NCBI RefSeq assembly: GCF_009834535.1
Contig: NC_045697.1
Location: forward strand, 20,276,001-20,340,000
Source of the DNA: Camelus ferus
Lineage: Eukaryota
Reading direction: 5' to 3'
Length of the DNA stretch: 64,000 bases
Program-made: the position numbers and the translations under genes
Notes under the pieces: model-generated
What the model was told of the DNA's origin: nothing
Databases searched by the model: none
Seen by the model: only the letters and a program-made list of their open reading frames with translations
Part shown: positions 1 through 13,131 of the stretch, piece after piece
Layout: each line of letters starts with the position of its first letter
Numbering within the stretch: position 1 is the first letter of the stretch

Positions 1-135
1 TAATTGAACAAATGCACCATCCTGATGTAAAGAATTATTAATCTGGGAAACTGGGTGATAGTCTCTGTACTACCTTCATACTTTTTCTGAAAATCTAAAA
101 TATTACTAAAATGAAAATTTCATTTAAAATGTTTA
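1..135 (+). mobile_element. Old L1 (L1MC/L1MD-type) 3' end fragment
   Basis: aacaaatgcaccatcctgatgtaaag...ggaaactggg...ctctgtactacc...aaatctaaaa resembles the eutherian L1MC/MD 3' terminus. Confidence 0.6.
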
Positions 136-344
136 TTAAGAAGTTTCACCAGGACCTTAAAAATATTAAACAACTTTTTCTGATTCCAGCTTTACTAAGA
201 TTTTTTACTATACATGTGTGATGAAAGCTATCATGTACTTTTATCATACACTGATACATTCTACTTTCCCTTTCAAAATAATAAGACATGAGGTAAATGA
301 CATTAATAAGTTTTCCAATATTAAAACATTCTTTATTAGTCAGA

Positions 345-555
345 ATGTTATAGAATAGGCTGCAGTAAAACAAAAACAAAAACCTAATCTCAGGATCTCA
401 GGGCCTTGAAAATCAAAGGCTTATATTTCTCTTGAACTACATGTTTATCTTAGTTCAGTGGGCACTGTGATCCATGTCATTGTCACACAAGGGACCCAAG
501 CTAAGGAAACTTTATCATCTGGATGTCACTGGATACCGAAAACAGAAAGAAAGAT
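345..555. mobile_element. MaLR LTR fragment (MLT1K/L-like)
   Basis: taggctgcagtaaaacaa...aatctcag...aaggcttatatttctc...ctacatgt...gggacccaagct...catctgga resembles MLT1K/L. Confidence 0.55.
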
Positions 556-729
556 CAAAGGCACAGGGACAGATTTTTGAAGGATTGTTATTGGATCTTT
601 TCTTCTGCCGTATCTAGTCTATAATTCAGTCTCTCCTGTGAATTTTTAATTTCAGATACTGTGTTATTGCATTCTAAAATTTCCACTTGGCTTTTTTCTC
701 ATTATGTTTATGTTTTCCCTTTGAGGAAG

Positions 730-1290
730 TTGCTGACTTTCAAAGTGGTGTCTGAGAAAATGAATGACTGAGAAGAGTGCTTGGTAGACTCATGAAACCA
801 AAGGGAAGAGCAGTACAAAGTGAAGTGCCTCCCGCTAGAGGAGTCTAGAAGAACTCAGGCATTCAGCTGAGATTCAGATGAGATATAGAGCAGAGGGGGA
901 AGTGGAATTCCACTGGTTCTTACTAAGACCGAATCTCATCCTTGATTCTGTCATTTCCCGATTAGATTGAGACTACATGGAATTTCTGGTTCTCCTTGCT
1001 AGCAGCCTCCCAGAAGCAAAAAATAAATCCTGTCTGGGAGAATATAAATTCATTCCGAACCTTAAATTATAATTTTTATTTGCAGTGCTTGGCACTGAAT
1101 AATAATCAAGTGTATGAAAAGGTAAGTCTTGACCTTTTTCTAAAAGCAGAAAATAGACACACTCCCGTAAGGAATCCAGATAATGAAGTTACAGAGAGAG
1201 ACTTTAAAGTAACCTATTTAATAGGTCTAGAAATTACAAAATATGCTAGAGAGAACTGTGGAGTAGAAACAGGAACCAAATGAAAATTCT
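730..1290 (+). mobile_element. Ancient L1M 5'/ORF1 region fragment
   Basis: cagataatgaagttacagagagagactttaaagtaacc and aaccaaatgaaaattct are typical of degenerate L1M ORF1. Confidence 0.5.
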
Positions 1291-1499
1291 GTCACTGAAG
1301 TTTTGTCTCTATTTTGCTATCGATACATTTTTTCCTAGCGATGTTTTTTTCCTGCTGTTAAAGGGATCCATTAAGTTTTACTTTTAGTCTTTACACTTTT
1401 TGAGATCCAGAACACAAATATGAAAAGAATATCTCAATGATATAGGTAGATGGAAAAACAGGGTAAACGGCAGAGAAAAATCTAAAGGAGAAGAGTGCT

Positions 1500-1815
1500 G
1501 ACTTAAGGAGGCAAAGGACACAGGAATATATTCCTTATCATTGTGTTTATATAAAGTAAAAAGGCAGGAAAGCCTGATCTATAATGTTAGATGTCTCCGT
1601 AATTTTTAACTTTGGAAAGAGGAAGTAGGTGGTGCTGGGGGGAGAGGGAAAGTCTTCGGCTTCTTGAGTGCTGCTAACTTTCTGTTTCTCGGCCTGATTG
1701 ATAGTTGTGTGGCCCACTTTGTGATATTTCTTTAGGCTCTACTACACCGTAACACACCAGTTTCTTTACCCTTTTATGTTTATTGTATACATCAGAAAAA
1801 GTGTCTACTATAAAA
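1500..1815 (+). mobile_element. L1ME-type 3' end fragment
   Basis: tttatataaagt...aggaaagcctgatctataatgttaga...gtgctgctaactttctgtttct...ctttgtgatatt matches the L1ME 3'UTR pattern. Confidence 0.5.
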
Positions 1816-2050
1816 TAAAGGCCTTTACGACTTGTCAGTCAATCACCAACACCCTCCTCATTCCCCAAAGCGAACAAGTTAACTGCCCTGTGAATGTTTA
1901 CCCAATTTGATTTTGGACTTAAGTGAGTTACCTGTGATAATCTGCTAATTTCAGGTTTTCATATTGATAGCAATGTTACATTTAAATTTAAAAAGAGTCT
2001 CAATCATCTAGGTGTCTACTTACTCCTGCTATTTGATTTTGGCCCCTGTG

Positions 2051-2385
2051 TGTATCAGGAGGTCAGCTGAACTGGGGAGAGCTGAGCTGTCAGGTGTCAG
2101 AGTAGCCATGAAAGCAGCAAGACCACAAGACCACAAGTAACAATCGAGGCTTTAACTACTTACGATGACAGCACACGCGAGAGACTGAAGAGCGATTCTG
2201 TTTTTCTCCATGCAACAGCAGGCTGCTTGGTGATGAGGGAACGCTGAACGGAAGGTCTTGGCGGTTTTATAGACTCTGGGGTCAGTTGGTTCCCTCTGAG
2301 TAGAGCTTTTTGTGTCTTATCTGGTTTGTTTCTAGCCCAAGGTTGTGAAAATAGCTACCTTTATTTTAATGTAGAATCTTTAACA
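2051..2385 (-). mobile_element. ERV LTR-like element
   Basis: On the minus strand: TG start (tgttaaag), TATA-like gtctataaaa, AGTTAAA polyA-like signal, CA end; no TSD found. Confidence 0.5.
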
Positions 2386-2389
2386 TACT

Positions 2390-2690
2390 TGCTTTTACAT
2401 TTTGGTCTATGATGTGTTGCAAATTGCTCTTTCTGTATGATGTGGAGTAGATCACAGGGTTTTGTTTTCTGCTTGTTTATTCGTGTTTTAAGAATATGAT
2501 TATTCCATCTGTCCTTTTCCTATTTCATTACATTGACAAATTTGTTGAAAATCGATTATATATGTGCAAGTCTATTTCTGGATTCTATTCTATTCCATTA
2601 ATATGTTTTTTTAATCCTTATATGAAAACTACATTGTTTTGATCACGAGTACATATTGTTATTCAGATAGTATAATTTCTCCAAGTATGT
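2390..2690 (-). mobile_element. Old L1 ORF2 fragment
   Basis: tttacattttggtctatgat...tttgttgaaaatc...tctatttctggattctattctattccatt is antisense L1 ORF2. Confidence 0.6.
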
Positions 2691-4688
2691 TTTAGGGATT
2701 ACAATATATTGTTAGCTTCTTGCATTCTATTTAGACTTAATATTGCACTACTTCACATGAAATGTAAAACAAAACAAGACAAAGTAATGTAATTCCATGT
2801 ATTTCTCCAAACATTTGTACTTTTTTGTCATTTTTTTCTATTTTTTCTTTTAAAAAATTTTTTCTCTGTTCTTAATCACATATTTTATTAATGTTATTTT
2901 AGCTTTAAATAGCTGTAATTTGAATATATTAATGAAATAAAATGAAGATAATTTTTACATTTGCCCTTATAATTTCCATTTCCAGTCCTTTCCATTTTTT
3001 TGTGTATATTTCAGTTTCTGAGTTTCTATAAAGTACCATTTCCCTTTGGCATGAAGAATTTCCTTATCCATTTCTTATAGGAGAATCTGCTGGCAGATAA
3101 TTCTCTCAGCTTTTGTTTATCTGACATTTTATTTCAATTTCAGCTCCTTTATGAAGGATCATTTCTTTAGATGTGGAATTCTAGGCTGAAAACATTTTTT
3201 CAGAATATTAAAACATTCATTTATTTTCATCTTGCATTCATTGTTTCTGATAACTCTGCAGGAATTTTAAACATTGATAACCGTATCTAGTTTTTTGGGT
3301 TTTGTTTTTTGTTTGTTTGTTTGATTTTTGTTTGTTTGGTTTTTTTTTTTTTTTTTTTTTTTTGGTCCTCTGCCTATTTTCTTTATTTTAGGTTTTTAGG
3401 GATTTGATTATAGTATATTTATGTGTGCTTTGTTATATTTATTTTTCTTCTGGGTTACTGGGCCTCTTGGATCTCATTTTTTTCAATAAATTTGGGAAAT
3501 TTGGAAGCCAGTGTTTCTTCATATTTTTCCTTCTCTCTCTTTTTTCCTTTGGTGAATCCAACTGCATGTATATCACACTGGATCCCTCATATAACTGAGT
3601 CTCTTTTTTTTCCAACTTTTTCCCATTGCTGCAGTTTGAATTATTTCTATTAATCTGAATTCAGATTCACTGATCATTCTGCTTTGAAATTCATCCTGTA
3701 AGTTTTTCATATCAGGTATTTTATATTTGAAGTTTTCAGAATTCATTAGGATTCTTGTTTATAGTTCCCATATTTTTTGAGATTCTCAGTTGTACTGCTT
3801 TTCTTTCAAATTCATGAACATATTAATAATACCTGTTTTAAAGTCTTTATCTGAAAATCCCAACATCAGTATCATTTGGGGGTCTGTTTCTACTAGCTCT
3901 TTTATTCTTTTGGTAGGAGAATACATATCTGTTTCTCTTAGTTGTGGAATATGTTTCTGTTTTCTCATGTCTAATAATTATGACTGTTTGCTATTGTAAA
4001 ATATCTGGGTTATGTTTCCTACTTTGAAGTACTGTGTTTTGTTCTGGCAGACAACTAAATGAAAATTGATCAATATGAGGCTTTATTTTAGGCTTTGGGT
4101 GATTCTGTTTCCATGTTTTTGCCTAGTTCTAGTCTGTGATCCTACTTTGGCAGCATGATTTTTCTGGAGTGTCAGCTGCACACCTGGGGAACTCAGCAAG
4201 AGGCTCCACTCTGGCTCTGCCTCACTGTTAAGTGTTCAGCCCTGGGAAGCCTCTAGTGTCTTTATTCAGTTACTAGTCCCCGGCAACTGCTCTTTGACAG
4301 ACCTTAAAACCTCAGCCTAAGCATTCAGCCAAGGAACAGAGGGAACAACACGCTGGCATAAGAGTTCTTTTCTCTCTGCGGCTCTCCTTTCTACTCTCCT
4401 TCCTCACAAACCTGTTCCACCCGGCAGCTCTGAGCTCACTGCTGCCTGCAGCCTCTTGCTTGGGTTCCTCCTCTCTGTGGTCTGAAAAAATCTCCTAGGC
4501 AGGAAGTCAGAGTGAAAGTAGAGTTCACTTGTAAGAGTGCTTCTCTTCTTCCAGATAAAACAGGCTTGCCCTCTGTTGCCCATTACTTGAAAACAATTGC
4601 CTCATCTATTTTGTCTCTTTTCATACTTGTCTACAAACAGTGCAGTAGTCTGATGTAATAGCTGTGTCATGGCTGGAAGTAGAAATCC
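2690..4688 (-). mobile_element. Ancient L1M (L1MD/L1ME-type) 5'UTR-ORF1 region
   Basis: gaatctgctggcagataattctctcagcttttgtttatctg motif; ORF 3786-3968 (-) is L1 ORF1-like (MILMLGFSDKDFKTGIINMF); reverse of 4640-4688 (acttccagccatgac) resembles an L1M 5' terminus. Confidence 0.7.
3295..3363. repeat. (TTTG)n plus poly-T simple repeat
   Basis: Directly visible. Confidence 0.9.
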
Positions 4689-4768
4689 TAAATATATTTT
4701 ATTTCCATCTAGATAAAGAAAACTTGAGGTATCAGATTTGCTATTATTTATCTCAAAGCAACACTTTT

Positions 4769-4814
4769 TTTGACCTTTTTTTTATTGAGTTATAGTCATT
4801 TTACAATGTTATGT
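4769..4814 (-). mobile_element. Extremely 5'-truncated young L1 (46 bp) with 16-bp TSD
   Basis: Reverse reads aacattgtaaaatgactataactcaataaaaaaa, like the L1 3' end at about 31910-31945; TSD tcaaagcaa(c/t)actttt at 4753-4768 and 4815-4830. Confidence 0.85.
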
Positions 4815-5459
4815 TCAAAGCAATACTTTTGAGGAAAGTGCATTCTACCCTGTCTCAATCTAAAGGGGAATTTAGCTTGATTTAACTGAGTTTGTTAGAA
4901 CCTGGTCGGCAAGATTACCATGGAGACAACAACATTTAAATATTCACTTTGGATTTACAGGCTAACAAAACATCATTGTCATCACCATCATCATAAGAGC
5001 TAACATTGAATATTTTTACAGATAATGCACTTTTGAACTCACTCGATAGTCATGTCAACCTTATGATTTGACAATATGCCATGTAAGGAGACTAAGTAAT
5101 TTGCTCACAGTCATTCATAGAGGAGCCATGGAATCTAATAGAAGCGGCCCCACATCATACCTTAACTAGTGTGTTTTACCACCTCAGAAGACCAGCCTTT
5201 TCCCTTGTGATCTCCAAAAACATGCTTTTCTTCACATCTTGCTGTATATATCGCTCCATTCCACTCCACAGCCTCATAAAATAGAAGTAAACTGAGTGTG
5301 GAAAAAGTAGAGAACACAGAGTTAGAATTATAGATAGTTCTAATGAGCATTTCTAGGAAAGAGCATCTTATGATCAGAATTATTAATTTAAGACGTATCT
5401 GTATTTCCACTCCAAATTCCACATTGAGGAGGTATTGTTTATATTTCAGGACTCAGAAT

Positions 5460-5730
5460 AGATGTCGCTTCTTCTACAAAAACTTTCTTAAATATTCACT
5501 TTTACCTCACCTCCCAATTGGATGGGACACCCCTTTTCTGGGTGTTGGAATCTGTACCACAGTACTCACGATGCTGTCCTGGAAATGCCCCTTTACTTAT
5601 CTACTGATGGACTCCAGTGCCAAAAACTTGAATCTTGAAAACTGGGGCTTGTGTTATTCACTGTTTTAGCTCAAGAATAGGAGAATAGTGCCTAAAAAAT
5701 AGTAGGAGTTCAAATTTAAAAAAAGAATGC
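5460..5730 (+). mobile_element. L2 3' fragment
   Basis: ttattcactgttttagc...aatagtgcctaaaaaatagtaggagttcaaat resembles the L2 3' end. Confidence 0.45.
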
Positions 5731-6303
5731 ATGTCTTGTACAACCAAGAATGTTGAAACACAGCTATACATGATACAGCCAAGATCTGCCTTCAAAACAA
5801 GATGATTTCCACCTTTGCCATCACAAAGCCCAGCCTAGTTATCCTATGATTATTTTTAGCCTTTCTTCTGGAAACATTTGCCACTGCTGGTGCAGTGGAA
5901 GACAGGCTTACATATCCATGAAATAGACATAGACCAGCTTCTTTGTGTTAACTGTAGCTGTGGAGTATTATTTACTAGGAGTATAATCTACTGAAATCTT
6001 CACATGGCCTTTTATTATCTCAATTAATTGTTTTGGGAGATAAATGACAGTTGAGAAATTTGGCTGAACATACAAGTGTTAAATGTAGAAGAATCATTCT
6101 TTTGATACAACATGAAAGTATAAATTCTTTTAATGGTGCCTTAATTAGCAAGAAAATACTTCCTTTTTCACACAGATGTACAGTCAGAGTGTTAAAACAA
6201 GTCAGTAAAATAGTTTTAAAGGGTGACATAACCTGTGTCACACATTTGGCAAAATATAAATGCTTTCAGAAAAATAATCCTACAGAAATACCTAATTAAT
6301 TTT

Positions 6304-6837
6304 TTTTTACATTTTAAATATATACAATTTTATTTGTTAAATAATAAAACAGACGAAATTTTTAAAATAAAGCACTGGCCTTGATGTAACATATATCATT
6401 TTTGCTCTCAATCTGTCGGACAGAACTAGTCTTAACTGGAGGTAGGGGTCTCTGGGATGACGCCCCCAATCAGAGCCAGGGAACTGTCCCAGACGCTGAG
6501 ACAGAGCCCAACCACAGGATGCCCGGCAGTGGCAGTGAAGCCAGCAGCAGACAAGGAGCCCCAGGCCACACAGAGGTTGAAAATGCAGGGGCAGCCCCTG
6601 GCTGGGGATTACCTAGCCTCCTTTGCCACTTCAGTCTCTTTCCACCCCCTGGAATCCTGGCGTGAATCACCTCTCTCCAAATGCCCAGCACACTCTTCCC
6701 ATGACAGCCCAGCTTCTGTCACCCCCACCCAACCCCCCCGACCTGGAGAGCCTACTTTCAGGGAGACTTGATCTGAGCCCAGGTCAGCTCTCACGTAACT
6801 GGTCCTTCTGCTTTGAGGCCTGTTCCCCTCTCTGCAG
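6304..6837 (-). pseudogene. 5'-truncated retrocopy of an unidentified polyadenylated RNA (3'UTR-like, non-coding)
   Basis: 20-bp TSD agaaatacctaattaatttt (6284-6303, 6838-6857), poly-T at 6300-6308, antisense AATAAA at 6329-6334, GC-rich insert in AT-rich flanks. Confidence 0.85.
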
Positions 6838-9404
6838 AGAAATACCTAATTAATTTTAGCTAAAAAGAATCTTTTTTTCCATGTATTCAGCCTTTTCCTT
6901 CTCTACTCGTGGGTCTCGCTTAGTAAACTGTTCAGGTTGCCTCAGGATATAAAAACTGTCAAGAATATTATTGAGACATGGAGGAAGGTTGGTAGAATCT
7001 TCTCCATCAGAATAGATGACAACTAATTATAGTCCAGAGACTGGAAACCCTTGGGGAAGAAGTGAAGTCTGAGTCTGCCCAGATAAGATTGTCTGAGGCT
7101 ATTTTTGATGGTGAGAGTATTTATGAGCTGTATTAATAATAAATGAACTAATGTTGTAGCACTAAAATATGAAAACATTCTTATTTGACCACTAGGAAGT
7201 TGCTTGCTTGGCAGCAATAATAAGAATAAAATAAGTATTAAATAATAAATCACTTCTTTAAAGGAAAGTTTTCATGGTGTTCTTTAATATTAATAAAGTT
7301 GTTAACAAAGGTTTTTTAAAGCTTTACCGTGTGTTCTTCTAAGAGAGATGAAAGAATATGTTCTCCTTAATTTAGGAGATGCTTTGTGGTTTCTTTCTAT
7401 AATTACTGTGCTTTCTTAGCTCTAGCACTGTTCTCTGCGTATTCTCTATTATTACGCAATGAGTATTATTTATAATAGAATGCCACTATTAGTTTGCCTT
7501 TTGAGCTAATATTTAATAATTAAATAATGACTCGAGATTTTATTCTCTTTTCTTGACAAGGGAGAAAAAGGGGCTTCTTGGTTTCTCTCTAGCACCTGCT
7601 TGAAGAGCCTTCTTCTGAGTAAGTCTGCTGACCTAGGGAGAACACTGATGTAAGAGGTAGCAGGTAAACTTTCATAATTTGAAGCCTCAGTCAGACTTTG
7701 GTGTCACAGTGCCTAAAATTTTCCCAAGTGTATCAGAGCATTTGTATGAAGCAGTGTCCCTTTGCTTCAGCCTTTAGCTGCAAAACCAAACGTGTACATG
7801 CAAGAGGGAGAAGGCGGACAGTGCTGCCAGTTTGGTGTCAGTGAGTTTATTAGAGCCTTTGTCTTGAAATATGTGTGTAACAGATGGTAGGAAAGACACT
7901 TGTGGAAAAGAAAAGACATTTCATTTTCTCATTTGGCCACCCTATATGTAAAACTAAAAAGAGAGATAGAGATAGATTACACAGATCATAAATGATAAAA
8001 CTAAAAAGAGATAAGTAATCAAATCAAATAAAAATAAATAATAAAGTGAAAAAGACACAAATAAAAAAAACTATCTTCCTTTTTCAGGGACTAACCAACC
8101 TTATGCATATAGTTCTAACAAGGATGTTTACTGTCAAAATAGGAAGCAAAACTAGAAGAAAGAGGGTAATTCCTTTATGTATTGTTCATTTCATTAACAG
8201 ACTGTGGTTTCAACTGTTGTAACTGACAAGTAGGGGCAGACAGACACGGAAAACTGCCCTGGGAACTCAGTAAACAGAGAAAATATATATAGCATATGAA
8301 TGGGTTTAGAATTTTAGGGTTTCATACAGATTTTTAAAGATGTATAAACCTTGTCTCTTTTTCCAAGAAATCTGAGAACCTTTGCACTAATAAGCTTCAG
8401 GAGCACAAAAGCAAAAATTACTACAAAAGAGTAACAGGAAAGTGTCACCATCCAGGAGGCGAGTGAGGAGAACAGATAAGAGGAGTCAGAAAAGTTAACT
8501 CTGAGTTTCTTCACAACCTGACAGATGCAGAAAAGAGCATAATTATTCAAGGGGGAGACACTGTCTCATAATTCTAGCTTTTGGGCTAATTTACTTAACT
8601 GCATAATTATTTAAAAGGTATTGAACTCTAATGAAGGTTTTTCTTGATAGCAGCTGTACAGAAAAATTGGAGAAATTCTCTATACGGGCATGTGTGAAAT
8701 TATTTTATGAAACTCCAAGGCACAATTTTAACTGTCATAGCATACCAGTAGGTTCAGAGGAATCAGGGTAATAATATCTATTTTCAGAGAGGAGCTTTGG
8801 ATTTTCCGGGGCCAGCCTGCTGGTTGACCAGTGGTCCCTTCCTCTTGATTACTTCTTCCAAAAAAGATTGATTATGTGCATGTTTTCAGGTACAATGTAT
8901 TAAAAGTAGTCAATCTATCATAGAGGCTTTAGAATTCTTCTGAATTTTATGCCAGATGTTATGATGAACAACATTTAAAATATTTAGTAACTGCTCAATA
9001 AATTTCAGTTGATTATGAAATTCCAGAATGAGAACTTGAACACAGTTATGCATTAATACTATACTCAGCCTTCCAGATGCCAAAACTCTGTTTCTCAGTA
9101 ATATAAGTAAGTCACCTATACTGGTTCTTTATCCCTTCTCGACAAACAAATGAAACAAGTGAAATAAATAAATGGGTAGCTTTGGGATGGGGCTCATGCT
9201 GGTGTTGGTGATGTCTTAGTTGCTGCTCTTCTTTCTGTTCTTCCTCATTTTGCTCTCTTTCCTCCACTCCCTCCCGCCTCCCTCTCCCCCCAGTTGGTAT
9301 CACAAAATTGGAGAATTGCTCAATTAAGAAAAATAGCCAGCAGTTGGTTTCAGAAAAAAAAAAAAAAATCACACATTTGGTGTCAGAAAACACTAAACAA
9401 GACC

Positions 9405-9535
9405 ATATATATATATTTTCTTCATATAGATTCCGTATGTTTATATGTGCTTATGTGCATACATAAAACATATATCTATGTGTATACACAGAAACATATA
9501 TGTGTGTGTATGTATATGTATATCCATATACATAA
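9405..9535. repeat. Degenerate (TA)/(TG)/(CA) simple repeat
   Basis: Directly visible. Confidence 0.7.
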
Positions 9536-10377
9536 TGCATCCTACAGTAAAACAAGTTTCAAGATCTAGCAAGTTATGCATGGGGCATACTTGTAGTAAG
9601 AAATCACTCATTATTTATCTAAAATTCAAATGTGAGAGTTCTTCATTTTATCCAGCAACCCTAAATATAAAGCACATGCCTAAATGCTACATCCCACCTT
9701 TAAGTCACTTACTGTTTGCCTTCTGGTGCACTTAAATTAGGCTTACTTCAGTGTTACTCTGTGTTGGCAGACGGGAGAAAGCAAGTTTGGAAATTAGTAG
9801 TCAGACATCCATTTTAGAGGTCTAGATTTTTTAAATGCCTGTGTATCCTGAAGTGTTCATACTAATTCATCTTGTCTCCAGCTAGCAAATGCTTGAGACT
9901 TAACATTTGTGGATAAATCAATTGCTTGAAATTTAGCAATTACGCTTTTAAGGCAGAATATTCTACAAGATTGTTAGTTCCTCAGGCTATATCACAAAAG
10001 TATTTGACATGTAATATCATTGAACTACTTGTTAAAATACCCTTTGAATTATGCTTCAGAACTCAGGACAAGTAGACAAACTCTATTCTTCCTTCTATGA
10101 TACTGGAGAGGAAAACTGAGTGGCTTCTTCCACCAAAAGACTCACTATTCCATCCTAGAAAGGACTTTGACCTTCCAGCAGAGCTCACTATATAATTAGG
10201 GGTTTTGTAAATTTAGTACTAGTGTCTCAAGGTTGCTCGCTATTCCACAGAGAATAAATTTTTATCTGATTGTCTTTTGTAAATGACCTCCTGTTCTTAT
10301 CCTTTGAGTTATAATTTGCCTTAAAGTTCTTTCTGCTGATTTTTTGCTGTGTTTTTTCAAGCCTTTACTGAGAATTG

Positions 10378-10445
10378 TATGGTGGTGATGATGATGATGA
10401 CAGATGACAGATGAGGAGGAGGAGAAGGAGGAAGAGGAGGAGGAG
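10378..10445. repeat. (GAT)n/(GAG)n trinucleotide repeat
   Basis: Directly visible; explains the spurious poly-Ser/poly-His ORF. Confidence 0.85.
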
Positions 10446-10449
10446 CAAA

Positions 10450-10690
10450 ACACTAACCAACACCATTGCCATTCTTGAGCAGGTGTTAGGTTCCAAGAAC
10501 TGTGCTAAGCACCGCTGTCTATGGGTTACACGTGTTCCTTCTTACAGCAGCCCTGTGAGTTAGGTGGCACTTCTGTTTTGTAGAAGAGGTATATGAGTCA
10601 CTGAATAACTACCCAAGTTTGCGTAGTTGGTAAATGGCGGAGGCAGGATTTAAACTCACATTTTTCTGACTTCAAAGTACCTATCCAAAA
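10450..10690 (-). mobile_element. MIR SINE
   Basis: aactgtgctaagc...cagccctgtgag...gtaaatggcggaggcaggatttaaactc...ctgacttcaaag. Confidence 0.7.
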
Positions 10691-12369
10691 TACTGTGGCT
10701 TGGACAAGACATCTCATAGGTACAACAGTTGAGAACTAAATATCATAGTGTATCTACTATGTTTGAATAGTTTGAGATAATTTGATTGAAAGTAAATGGC
10801 CCTATACAATCAACCAATGGAATATAAAAATGTCTTCCATTCATCTAACATTCCAGGTTTCAGATTTTTACATTTTTGTTTGTTTCTTTCTATACTTATA
10901 CCAACACTTACAAGACCATTATATCATATGGAAAATGAAAACTCCAAAATATTAGAAGTTTTAAAAGGCAGTAAGAGGTAAAACAGATTCTTAAATGTAT
11001 GTCCTCTGACCCTGAGTTTTTTACTTTCTCCAATACACTTTTTTTTTTCCAAAAACATATTGAGTCAGTAGTATTGCATAGTATATTTGTCCTAAGACCT
11101 TTAAAGGGATTTATTATATTACAGATTAATTACTTCAAAATGAAAATTGTAGATCTGTAAGATATTTATTTTCCTAATCCAACACATTTCAAAAAACTGC
11201 AACACTTTCTTAGTCATACTTGTAGTGGCCAATCTTTTATAGTGCTTGCCTCATTACAGAACTTCAGAATAGTAATAATAAAAATACTGGATAAATATAC
11301 AACTAACATGCTTTGAATGACTACTGTGTACCAGTGGCTATGCTCAGAACCCTACATGAATTGTCCTATTTAATCCATCAAAATAAGAGAATGATAAAAA
11401 CAGAATGGCTGGCTTTCCTGAACAAAGTTATGGCAGTAGTCCTTTACGTTTAATAGTTTCATTGATACATAATTCTTTTTTGCTCCCAAGTTTCAGACAA
11501 TTGTGTAAAACAAATGAGTTGTTACAAAAAAGCAAAAATATGGAAGCACAATACTGCAAATGATCAAAAATACACGGGAAGATAACAGAGTAAATGAGGC
11601 ATTAACACAGGGTGACTGTCTCATTGGAACAAAAGGAAAAGAGGAAAGTTTACCTCATTAATCCATTATTCACTCCCGAACTGACAGTCGTAAACTTCTG
11701 AGAAATGTGATGGAAATTTTAGAATGTCTATCCAACCTCTACAGATTTTTATTCATTCGTTAGTATACTAATGCTATAGTCACTTTTTTTTTTTTCAGAA
11801 TCTCATAAATAAGTAGCTCATTTGTTACTAAGGGCAGAAAAGGAATTGAAACTACCAGATCTTCCCGTAAACTTCCAGGAGTCTCACAAAAGGACTCCTT
11901 AAAGTTGAATCCCAGCTCTTCCATGTTCACTCACTGCTATGGGACCTTTAACCCACATTCTCTTTTTTATGTATATTTTCAGCATTAATTCTGATTTACT
12001 TTTAATTTGCAAATGCCTTTGTTTCAAGTACAGAGATGCATGCAGCTGGTTTCCATGTTTCAAACAATACTGAGCACTGATAGTTTCAGCATTGGTCACA
12101 GTGGCAGAAAATCTCAGAACAGGAACTCCGTCTGGTGCAGCAGATACAGCACGGACTCTGACCGCAGACAGACTGTGTTTAAATGTTTTTATATACATAT
12201 ATTTGGCTCCTACACTCCATTCTGCTATCAAGCCTCTGCAAAAACCAAACAAACAGAAGAAAAGACACACACAAAAAAACCATTTCTTCAGCTTGAAACA
12301 CTAATTCTTACATGATTGTCTGCTACCTACTTGCTTTGTGATCATTTCTTTCTTTTTTTTTTTTTTTTA

Positions 12370-12605
12370 ATGGTCATTTCTTCTAGGAAGTCTTCCTTGG
12401 CACTCCACATCTTGAAGAGGGGGAGTCCCTCCTTTGCAATTCCATGGGACTGTGAGCTTATATCACCAGTAGATTTCTCCTACCCTGATTAACATTCTTA
12501 TTTATCTCTGTCTACCTAGTTCTCTGTTTGATTCCCAACACATATCATAGTGCCTGCAGCAGGGTAGCTCCAGCAAATGGAGCTCCATTTATTGTTGGAT
12601 GTTGC
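12370..12605 (+). mobile_element. L2 3' fragment
   Basis: ttcttctaggaagtcttcctt...atagtgcctgcagc...atttattgttggatg. Confidence 0.5.
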
Positions 12606-12939
12606 TGGATGTCCATGCCTGGCAGTGCCATCTCCCTCAGTAATCTCTGTCTCCATCACTGGCTTGGCTGCACTCTACCACACTGCTCTAAGAAGCGTGG
12701 GGTCTTGCCAATGATGTAGGGGGCCTTCCTTAGCTGTGGCCTCTTCCTCGACAGGTTATCTTGTTTCTCCCTTTCTTCACTCTTTTTATACTAGAATGGG
12801 TCATTTCAGAGAGCAATTGCAGCTTCTCCTTTCCCCTAAACAGGAATTTCTCACCACTCCCAGTGTGGCTAAGGAAGTGGGGTGAACAAGAGGAGATCAA
12901 CAGATTCATGAAGTGTTCATGTGCCAATTTACAAAGCTT

Positions 12940-13100
12940 GGACCATCCTATAGCTTGTGGTGAGTCAGTGGAGGGCTTTAATTAAGGGAGTGACAAGGCT
13001 AGATTTTCATTTTAGATAGATCAGTCTACTGGCTCTGAAGAAGATGGATTTGAGGAGAAAAATATGAGGGAGCACAGAAATCAATGATAGGGGCATTCAG
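12940..13100 (-). mobile_element. L2 fragment
   Basis: ggagggctttaattaagggagtgacaaggctagattttcattttagatagatcagtct. Confidence 0.55.
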
Positions 13101-13131
13101 TACTACAGACCTATATATTAAGAGCCTGTGC

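Noticed and set aside
6402..6853. Several overlapping ORFs in the retrocopy
   Set aside because: Open on both strands because of GC richness; no recognisable protein; the insert is 3'UTR-like.
7949..8011. 16-bp direct repeat taaaactaaaaagaga around a 31-bp spacer
   Set aside because: Only two units in A-rich DNA, with no tail or element identity; not a CRISPR-like array or a supportable insertion.
8449..8517. Possible minus-strand exon (ctgtcag|GTTGTG...GATG|gtgaca)
   Set aside because: Weak donor, unrecognised peptide and no partner exons.
9112..9393. Glu/His-rich minus-strand ORF
   Set aside because: Low-complexity purine-rich tract; no convincing splice sites or homology.
10262..10453. 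Poly-Ser/poly-His ORF
   Set aside because: Translation of a trinucleotide repeat at a MIR tail.
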